DNA of 64,000 nucleotides from a virus (lineage: Duplodnaviria; Caudoviricetes). The notes under the pieces are model-generated. The model was not told the origin of the DNA. It saw only the letters and a program-made list of their open reading frames with translations, and did not search any database. Numbering within the stretch: position 1 is the first letter of the stretch; every line of letters begins with the position of its first letter. Made by a program: the position numbers and the translations under genes. The DNA lies in the IMG/VR virus record IMGVR_UViG_2862873970_000001, positions 1 to 64,000 of that record. One strand, 5' to 3'. Below, piece by piece: positions 57,066 to 64,000 of the stretch.

Positions 57066-58582
57066 CTGTCCTCCAAAGCAGTATCAACTGGGTAATCACC
57101 AATTTCGAAGAGCGCCTTGGGGATCCGTATGTGTACGGCGGGGTGTACTCCAATGGCAATGTCAGGCAGGGCTGTGACTGTTCAGGTTGCGCCGGCTGGG
57201 TGCTAGAAGCCCTCACCAAGACCCCCGCGAATATGAGCTGGGCCCATAACGTTTCGACCGAGAGCTGGCCCTACGACTACAATACCAACACGCCGGCAGC
57301 GCCTGGCACCGTTGGTCCGTACGGGACCATCTCTGTGGGATCCAACCCGGCCGCACTGCCGGCCGATGCCGCCCTGTGGGTGAACATCATGCACGGCGGC
57401 GGTGGCGAAGACTCGCACATGAACACCATGCTGCCCAATGGATTCATCATGGAATCCAACGGGGACGACGGCACATGCACCAATGGCACTGGCGGGGCGG
57501 ATCAGAACAACCCCGAGTGGACCGACCACTGGTACCTCCCTGGCCCGGTCACTGCAGATGTTACCCCGGTCACCCCGGTCACACCGCCTCCGGTTACCCC
57601 GGTCCTGTTTGGAATCGACATATCCAACAACAACTTTGGTGGACCCACCAGCCCCAACCTTGGGGCCATTCCAGGGTTCGTGGCCGAGGTTGTCAAAGAG
57701 GGCTTCTCGTGGATCGAGGCCAAGGCCAGTGAGGGCAGCACCTTCGCTGACCCCACCTTCCCCGCGATCTACCAAGCCTGCCTCGCTAACGACATCCCCG
57801 TAGTGGCATACCACTACGTGGACACCAGCAATCCCGATTCCCAGGCCAGTAACTGCAAGGCCGCACTCAATGGGGCCGACGTCGGAATCATGCTCGACTG
57901 GGAAACCAACGGCGGTGACTTCAGCAATTACGAAGCCGTCTGGCATGCCTTCACCAACGCCGGCTTGACCATCGTCCTGGAATACATCCCCCAGTGGTAC
58001 TGGGAGAGTCAGGGCTCACCCGACCTGTCGGCGGTGAGCGTCAAGGGCATGGTCTCGTCCAACTGGGTCAACGGATCCGGCTACGCCTACAACCTTTACC
58101 CGGGTGATTCCTGGGGCGGTTGGGCGTCTTATGGCGGGGTCACCCCGGTGATCCTGCAATTCACGAGCCAGGCCCAGGTAGCCGGCATGTCCCTGGACGC
58201 CGACGCCTTCCGCGGCTCACTGGCCGACCTCAAGGCACTTCTCGGAACTACACCATCACAAGGAGATGACCCTCTCATGGCACTTTCATCGGCGCAGCAG
58301 GAGGACATGTACAACATGCTTCTGTTCCTGACGCAGAGCGTGACCGGAGACCTTAATCCGTCGATTACCCAGTTCCTACTGCCGGGTTCACCTACCCCGG
58401 TGGGCGCCGACTGGGGCACGCAGCCAAACGTGGGCGATCAAATCGCAACCGTCGCTAAGGCTGTCGCCGATCTGACCACTGCAGTCACCGCTTTGAGTGC
58501 TGACTTCGCGACTACGTCCACCGGCCTGGCCGTGCTCCAGAAGCTGGCCGACCTCAATTCGATCCTTCAAGGAACCAAATGA
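57062..58582 (+). CDS. lysA: lysin A (N-terminal NlpC/P60-like peptidase plus GH25 muramidase)
   Basis: YVYGG...GCDCSG...SHM; FGIDIS, KASEG..F.DP, AYHY, MLDWE, LQFTS..V.G...D. Confidence 0.88.
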   Translation: MTVLQSSINWVITNFEERLGDPYVYGGVYSNGNVRQGCDCSGCAGWVLEALTKTPANMSWAHNVSTESWPYDYNTNTPAAPGTVGPYGTISVGSNPAALPADAALWVNIMHGGGGEDSHMNTMLPNGFIMESNGDDGTCTNGTGGADQNNPEWTDHWYLPGPVTADVTPVTPVTPPPVTPVLFGIDISNNNFGGPTSPNLGAIPGFVAEVVKEGFSWIEAKASEGSTFADPTFPAIYQACLANDIPVVAYHYVDTSNPDSQASNCKAALNGADVGIMLDWETNGGDFSNYEAVWHAFTNAGLTIVLEYIPQWYWESQGSPDLSAVSVKGMVSSNWVNGSGYAYNLYPGDSWGGWASYGGVTPVILQFTSQAQVAGMSLDADAFRGSLADLKALLGTTPSQGDDPLMALSSAQQEDMYNMLLFLTQSVTGDLNPSITQFLLPGSPTPVGADWGTQPNVGDQIATVAKAVADLTTAVTALSADFATTSTGLAVLQKLADLNSILQGTK

Positions 58583-58932
58583 CAGATCCCAATGTAAACG
58601 CGACCGCAGAATCGGTTTCGGACAAGATCGACGGCATTGACGGCGATGGCAACCAGCTCTCGTACCGCAAGGTGGCGATGTTCTATGACTCGCACCTGTT
58701 CGGTCGGGCTGTTGATTACGCCTTTCCGGAGGGCGCCAACGTGTCATCGTCTATGTGTGACCACGCCGCCAGTGAGGCGAAGCTGTGGACCAGAACGCGA
58801 AAGATGAGCGACGGAAACGATTACGACGCCCATGATGCGCTGTATACGTTGCTCAAGATCGCGCTCCAGGCCAACCCGCACATCAATGACGACGAGCCGC
58901 TGAGCGTCAACTACAAAGCCCCGGCGACGTGA
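58579..58932 (+). CDS. hypothetical protein
   Basis: AAGGA RBS; ATGA coupling. Confidence 0.55.
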   Translation: MTDPNVNATAESVSDKIDGIDGDGNQLSYRKVAMFYDSHLFGRAVDYAFPEGANVSSSMCDHAASEAKLWTRTRKMSDGNDYDAHDALYTLLKIALQANPHINDDEPLSVNYKAPAT

Positions 58933-59447
58933 CGGAGCAGTGGCGAGCCGTCATCGGATACGAGGGCTCCTATGAGGTGTCTGATCTAGGCAACGTTAGA
59001 TCAAGAAGGCGTGTTGTGCACTGCGCAGATGAGACCATTCGGATAGTGCCCGAGCGCCAACTCAAGCCAATAACGGCAGCACCCTCTGGCTACAAGTCCG
59101 TAGTTCTAGCTAAGGGTGGACGTACAAAAATGTTTCGCGTCCATCGTCTAGTGCTAGAGGCGTTCGTTGGGGGACGCCCTGAAGGCATGGAATGCCGCCA
59201 CTTAAATGACATTCCCTGTGACAACCGACTAGAAAATCTGGCGTGGGGAACCTCATCTGAGAACAAATTGGACATTGTCCGTAATGGTAATCACCACTAC
59301 GCCAAGCGCACCCACTGCGCCAAGGGGCATGAGTTCACGGTCGAAAACACCTTAGCCCGCAACGAAGTGCCTAGTGGTCGACGTTGCCGTACGTGCAAGA
59401 ACGAGCGGGAACGGATCCGCTATCACAGGGAGAAGGCGTCCGCATGA
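58929..59447 (+). CDS. NUMOD4-HNH homing endonuclease
   Basis: EQWR.V.GYEG.YEVSDLGNVRS; VHRLV..AF; CRHLN....DNR.ENL.WGT..EN. Confidence 0.92.
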   Translation: MTEQWRAVIGYEGSYEVSDLGNVRSRRRVVHCADETIRIVPERQLKPITAAPSGYKSVVLAKGGRTKMFRVHRLVLEAFVGGRPEGMECRHLNDIPCDNRLENLAWGTSSENKLDIVRNGNHHYAKRTHCAKGHEFTVENTLARNEVPSGRRCRTCKNERERIRYHREKASA

Positions 59448-60343
59448 CAAGGCCGGTAATCATAACTTGCAATGGCACAGGTGATCCGGACCCCGCGGAT
59501 ACCACCGGATTTGCCGGAATGCTGGGCGCGATGGTCGGCGGGGTCAACCCCTGGCAGATCGTCGCCGACAAGCTGGATGGGCTAATACCCTCGCAGCCCC
59601 CGTGGCGCTGGCAGCCCATCGGCTATCCGGCCGCGGTGTTCCCGATGACCCCGAGCGTGCAGAATGCCCGCAAGCAGATCATTGCAGCGTTGGGTGGGCC
59701 GGCGTTTCCGGACTACCAGGCCCCGGTCTACGACTCTGGGCCGTTCTCCCTGGCGGGTTATTCGCAGGGCGCCTTGGCCACTGACATTGTCTGGGTCAAT
59801 GACATCCTCGCCGAGGACGGTGTGCTGCATCACCGGCTGCCAGATTGCTATGCGGTGGTGAACTTCGGTGACCCGATGCGTACCCCTGGAATCTCCAATG
59901 GCAATACCTACCAAGGAATTCCAGTACCCGGGACGCAGGATGGTGAGGTCACTGGCGGTATCGCTGGCGCGCAGGATCTCACCGAGGAACAAACCAACTA
60001 CCCCAATCCCCTGGGGAAGCCCACGGTGATGTCCTTCAACCTGCCTGGCGATCTCTACGGCAGTGCTCCGGTCGGTCCCCACCCTCAAACGGATGAGGCC
60101 GGCCCGGGCAAGATCGGCACCGCGATATACGACTTCGTGGAATCCGGATCCATCGTGGACTTCTTGAAGATTCCGGTGTCATGGTTCCGGCTAATCTCGG
60201 CGTTTGAAGAGGGCTGGAATGCCGCATCATTCTTCGCCGCCGGCACTAACGCAGCTCACTGGCAGTACGCCAACCAGGGCTGTGTAGCCGCGGCCGCGAG
60301 TTACCTGCTTGACATCGCCAACGCCCTGGGGGTGGCAGCATGA
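59444..60343 (+). CDS. lysB: lysin B (cutinase-like mycolylarabinogalactan esterase)
   Basis: NGTG, WQPIGYPA..FPM..S, AGYSQGA, FGDPMR, GD.Y, H..Y. Confidence 0.9.
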   Translation: MTRPVIITCNGTGDPDPADTTGFAGMLGAMVGGVNPWQIVADKLDGLIPSQPPWRWQPIGYPAAVFPMTPSVQNARKQIIAALGGPAFPDYQAPVYDSGPFSLAGYSQGALATDIVWVNDILAEDGVLHHRLPDCYAVVNFGDPMRTPGISNGNTYQGIPVPGTQDGEVTGGIAGAQDLTEEQTNYPNPLGKPTVMSFNLPGDLYGSAPVGPHPQTDEAGPGKIGTAIYDFVESGSIVDFLKIPVSWFRLISAFEEGWNAASFFAAGTNAAHWQYANQGCVAAAASYLLDIANALGVAA

Positions 60344-60735
60344 CCCCAGGGCCCTCGGATGGCACCTTCTGGTCGCACGTCCCCCACTGGATGTGGCCTA
60401 TTCTCATGGCCGGCGTGCTGGGTCTGTTCCTCTATGAGCTGATCAAGACGTCGGAAACGGTGGCCCGCATCTTCGGTAAGGCCGGCCGTGCTGTCTATGA
60501 CCGTGTGAACGCACCGCGGCGCACGCTTCGGCGCGTCGAGCACATCGAAGAGCTTCTATCCCAGACCAGCGACAAGCTGGAGTGCGCCACCACCTACCTG
60601 GTGATTGATGCCGACTATCACCACCAGGAGGACATCATCCTTGCCGAGAATTGCCCCGGCGTCTTTCGACTACTGCCCAAGCGAATTCCCTTCACGGAGT
60701 TCTCGCGTAAATGGCAGGAGGGATGGCGCCCTTGA
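60340..60735 (+). CDS. membrane protein (lysis cassette)
   Basis: One TM segment; ATGA coupling. Confidence 0.55.
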   Translation: MTPGPSDGTFWSHVPHWMWPILMAGVLGLFLYELIKTSETVARIFGKAGRAVYDRVNAPRRTLRRVEHIEELLSQTSDKLECATTYLVIDADYHHQEDIILAENCPGVFRLLPKRIPFTEFSRKWQEGWRP

Positions 60736-61010
60736 TCGTCAAGCTCTACAGCCTGCCGGGGTCACAGTGCCCCGGATGTAAGGCCACCAAGCGGGAGTTC
60801 TCCCACCCGAAGAAACGCCATATCCCCTATGAGGAGATCCGCCTCGACACGACGCCGGGGGCGGTGGACTACGTGAAGTCCCTAGGCTATGTCCAGTCAC
60901 CCGTTGTGGTGGTCGATTATGGCGACGGCGTCACCCTGAGCTGGTCAGGCCACCAGCCTACGAAGATCGATCAACTGAGAGCGACGCTGAGCGAGACGCT
61001 GAGCGATTAA
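60732..61010 (+). CDS. nrdH: NrdH-like glutaredoxin
   Basis: CPGC.AT, YV.SLGY..SPVVVV, WSG..P.KI. Confidence 0.85.
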   Translation: MIVKLYSLPGSQCPGCKATKREFSHPKKRHIPYEEIRLDTTPGAVDYVKSLGYVQSPVVVVDYGDGVTLSWSGHQPTKIDQLRATLSETLSD

Positions 61011-61076
61011 CGCTAGCTGGGTAGGGTAACTACACCCGAGAGGCCAGTTCTTCGCTCTACGATCCACACACACATG

Positions 61077-61117
61077 AAAAAGCCCGATACCTCAATTCCT
61101 GGGGTGTCGGGCTTTTT
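61077..61117. terminator. bidirectional intrinsic terminator
   Basis: AAAAAGCCCGA...TCGGGCTTTTT between convergent operons. Confidence 0.8.
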
Positions 61118-61376
61118 CGGTTTTCAGGGAGTTGGACGCGTCCCCACGGGGGTTGACGGGGATGTGCAGCGCCCCCGCGGGAACGTGATGCCTACCGTAC
61201 CGGTACGAGATTACGTTGGCAAGCGCCGATAGGGCGCCTTGCGTAAGCCCGACTTCAGCCAAGGGGCTTCGTGCAAGTTTCCGGCGCAACAGTAGTGTAT
61301 GGGGCAGCGTGAGCCAGTAGCAAAGCCAGTAATACCAGGGCCATTCGTCCATGGCGCTTTTGTGATGGGGTTTCAT
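61092..61376 (-). CDS. hypothetical protein (reads through dif-like site I)
   Basis: ATGA-coupled to the upstream gene; Trp/Tyr-rich N-terminus. Confidence 0.4.
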   Translation of the reverse strand: MKPHHKSAMDEWPWYYWLCYWLTLPHTLLLRRKLARSPLAEVGLTQGALSALANVISYRYGRHHVPAGALHIPVNPRGDASNSLKTEKARHPRN

Positions 61377-61537
61377 TTCCGCCCTTCCGATGCGCATTTT
61401 GTACAGCGGACAACGACCCAGAGTCGGCGAACGCCGCCTTCGTTCATGGTTGTGATTGGGTAGATCAGCAGTGATGGGAGTTGGCAGGTATCGCACCATC
61501 CCGCCGTGGGTGTTCCGTGATCTATTGTGAGGATCAC
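61373..61537 (-). CDS. small Zn-finger protein (cassette-type)
   Basis: WCDTC...CTKC; AGGAAGG RBS directly after GCCGATAC. Confidence 0.55.
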   Translation of the reverse strand: MILTIDHGTPTAGWCDTCQLPSLLIYPITTMNEGGVRRLWVVVRCTKCASEGRK

Positions 61538-61672
61538 TGGCACCTTCCTTTCGCCGATACGACCGCCAGAATGGGCGAGAGCCGGGACCGCTGTCGACAA
61601 TTTGGGGCGCGATCCCGGCTCTCCTACCAACCCTCACAATGGAAGGTGAGGTCAGCATAGCACCCCTATATA

Positions 61673-61918
61673 TCACTTGCCAAGGTTTACCAGCCAGGAA
61701 ACAATCGTCGCCCTTTTATGCCTCGGACCAGTACGTTCCTGCAATTTCACATCGGTGATCTTCTGGAAGGTATATCGCCGGCCCTCTTCAATTGTCCCAT
61801 CACGGCGGTAATCGATAGCAACCATGTGCTGACCACACACCAAGGTGTCCCGTCGAAACTCCTGATGGCAATCCCAATGGAACATCTGGGCGTGCTCGCG
61901 AATACCGACCGTGCTCAC
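61673..61918 (-). CDS. hypothetical protein
   Basis: GGAGG RBS within the end of lsr2. Confidence 0.5.
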   Translation of the reverse strand: MSTVGIREHAQMFHWDCHQEFRRDTLVCGQHMVAIDYRRDGTIEEGRRYTFQKITDVKLQERTGPRHKRATIVSWLVNLGK

Positions 61919-61920
61919 TG

Positions 61921-62295
61921 CTACCTCCCAGCACCCTCTTCAAAGGCCTGCAGAATAGCCAAGGGGATCCTTCCCCTGTCCGACACCTCATGGCCGTTAC
62001 GTCGGGCCCATGACCGAATCTCGGCCAACTGCTCGGAGCTGTATCCAGATGACATAGGAGTCTGGACGCTGGGTGAGCGCGGCTTACGTGTCACGCGCCT
62101 GTTCCCACTATCAATCAAGCGGGCGTGCTCAATCCACGGCTTCAACTGACCGTCGAGCTTGGTGGCATTCTTCTTGCAAAGGTCGATCTCGTACTGTCGT
62201 CCCTGATAGCCGAAGATAACCGTGCCGGCGTCGGCCTCGATCTCTTCACCCTCTGCCATGTCATCGAACAGTAGATGGATAGTCTTTCTACTCAC
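61921..62295 (-). CDS. lsr2: Lsr2 nucleoid-associated protein
   Basis: L.DD......TV.FG..G..YEIDL...NA..L...L.PW; IR.WARRNG.EVS.RGRIP. Confidence 0.93.
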   Translation of the reverse strand: MSRKTIHLLFDDMAEGEEIEADAGTVIFGYQGRQYEIDLCKKNATKLDGQLKPWIEHARLIDSGNRRVTRKPRSPSVQTPMSSGYSSEQLAEIRSWARRNGHEVSDRGRIPLAILQAFEEGAGR

Positions 62296-62356
62296 TGTGC
62301 TCTCCCGATCTCATGATTCTTGAGTATTGATATATTAGCAGAATACATAGCCAAAG

Positions 62357-62932
62357 CTATGCCGCGGTCGCTCGTAGTGGCTTCCGATAGGCCCATGTAT
62401 CTGACAATCCTACGTCCGCACCCGACTCATCTTCACCGGTTATGTGGCCAGCTCCGTATATGGCACGCAACTTGTCACATATATTAGCGATAGGTGGGGA
62501 GCTTAACGCCAAGCCGCGGTGACGACACTCTTCAGTATGCCGAGATCCATGACAGCATGAGAGAATTGGCACATTTTCAAGCCTGTTATAGATCGGATGC
62601 TCACGGTTGATGGCACGAGACTCGGCAACCTCGGCCTGCCGGCGCGTACGGAACATATTATCCACTGACACAAAGCTCACATCACCCCACCACTTGCGGT
62701 GCCGATGACCGAGGGTGCACCGAAGACGCAAGTCCTTGGTGACACCAACATAGAGGAGCGATCCATCGCAACTAAAGAACCGATACACGACATGACCGGT
62801 GGTGTGCTTGCTGAAGTTTGTGATCGGCCGGCCACTAAAGTGTGACAGGACTGGAAGATCTAATCCGCACAGGTGGTGCACTGTCCATGTCGCATCCCTG
62901 CTGTTTGATGAGTTTGCAATGGACAAGATCAC
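62357..62932 (-). CDS. GIY-YIG nuclease-like protein
   Basis: VVYRFF..DG.LLYVGVT.....R...H...KWW...AE..AI..E.P.YN; start uncertain. Confidence 0.75.
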   Translation of the reverse strand: MILSIANSSNSRDATWTVHHLCGLDLPVLSHFSGRPITNFSKHTTGHVVYRFFSCDGSLLYVGVTKDLRLRCTLGHRHRKWWGDVSFVSVDNMFRTRRQAEVAESRAINREHPIYNRLENVPILSCCHGSRHTEECRHRGLALSSPPIANICDKLRAIYGAGHITGEDESGADVGLSDTWAYRKPLRATAA

Positions 62933-63123
62933 TGATTTACTCAGGTTCAGTACCCTCCCGGTTTTGGATATACCTATCTCACGGCAGGAGAACGCATGTT
63001 GAAAGCGCTGTATTGACGTCCCCAGATGTTGAATCGCGTACCCTGACGGCTGGGGGGAGATACAGAGGCTGAATCAACACTCCCTGGAAGATACTACTGG
63101 CGAGTGATGGGACCGTCTACCAT

Positions 63124-63945
63124 TTACCCTGATTTATTTTTGTCACGATCACCATTTGGCGGGTCAGACCACGAAAGGCCCCCTGACCAGGTCACATGCT
63201 TGGTGAAGCTGCGCAGTCGAGTAATCCAGGAGAGGCCGGCCGCGTAGGCGAAAGTACAGATTGCGACCCCGGCAGGTATGGCCATGAGTGTCAGTACAGT
63301 AGGGGTATCCCACTGGGGTATGACCGCGGTAAGTATTCGCATGCCTAGACAGATCACCGCCGAGTAGCAACCCGCCAGATAGAGGTTGCACAACAAGCGT
63401 GTCTCGTCGTCTTTCAGGTCATGGAAAGCGCGTATCCCATGGTAAAGTAGATAAATCAGCATCAAGCTGAGCACGATCCAGTAGGCCGTCAGGTATGGAT
63501 ACCGGCCGTCGCTGGGATACGTGCCGAGGTTATACATGGGGTGCCTGTTAGCATCGCTGTTTGCGAAGAGGGCGGTGATGATGAGGGTGCCGATTGCGGT
63601 GGGGGTCTGGATCCATTTGAAGAACCATGAGTGAAACGTTTCGGTGCTGTGTCGGCGCGGTCGATCCAGCTTGGATACCGCGTTGTAGACGACAGCGCAC
63701 ATTGCACCCAGGGCGCAGAGATGCCCCAGCCAAAATTGGAGATTCCACACATGGGTGATGTGGTGGAGCTTGCACCCGACGAATGTACTTACGGGCGTCG
63801 AGGAGAGCATCAACACCGCGACAGCTAGAAGGCAGATACTGGTAGTACTGGCCGTTTCCCACTTGACACGCCAGGTATGACGCCTGGTCCAGAGCGCCCA
63901 CGCGAGCACCCCCGCCGTTATTAACGAGATCGTGAAAGCCATCAC
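63124..63945 (-). CDS. multi-pass membrane protein
   Basis: About seven hydrophobic segments. Confidence 0.75.
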   Translation of the reverse strand: MMAFTISLITAGVLAWALWTRRHTWRVKWETASTTSICLLAVAVLMLSSTPVSTFVGCKLHHITHVWNLQFWLGHLCALGAMCAVVYNAVSKLDRPRRHSTETFHSWFFKWIQTPTAIGTLIITALFANSDANRHPMYNLGTYPSDGRYPYLTAYWIVLSLMLIYLLYHGIRAFHDLKDDETRLLCNLYLAGCYSAVICLGMRILTAVIPQWDTPTVLTLMAIPAGVAICTFAYAAGLSWITRLRSFTKHVTWSGGLSWSDPPNGDRDKNKSG

Positions 63946-64000
63946 TGTGTCGACTACATCCGTTTACGTTCCGGTGCTGGAGCGGAACCTTCGGGATGCA

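Noticed and set aside
60983-61005. GACGCTGAGCGA tandem duplication at the end of nrdH
   Set aside because: A short in-frame 12-bp slippage duplication with no evident significance.

Overview
About 64 kb of a GC-rich siphophage genome infecting a Mycobacterium, seen circularly permuted or as a prophage. The PPE-SVP, WhiB, Lsr2, lysin A and lysin B genes point to that host. Layout: rightward replication/metabolism genes (1-15 kb), a leftward cluster of small early/anti-defence genes (15-21 kb), a packaging HNH and probable cos region (~21.3-22.0 kb), the virion operon (25-55.8 kb), the lysis module (55.8-61 kb) and leftward regulators including Lsr2 (61-64 kb). No integrase or repressor is recognisable in the window. 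The most notable features are: (1) small leftward genes bounded by directly repeated dif/Xer-like sites (GCCGATAA-N6-10-TTAYGTC), stacked three deep at 15.0-15.7 kb and recurring at ~22.9, ~25.8 and ~61.2 kb, suggesting a Xer-type gene-cassette capture system; (2) a ~780-nt GOLLD-like structured RNA with an embedded tRNA-like element; (3) an RNA ligase split in two by a free-standing LAGLIDADG gene; (4) a phage-borne PPE-SVP gene. All calls come from reading motifs by eye; no searches were run.
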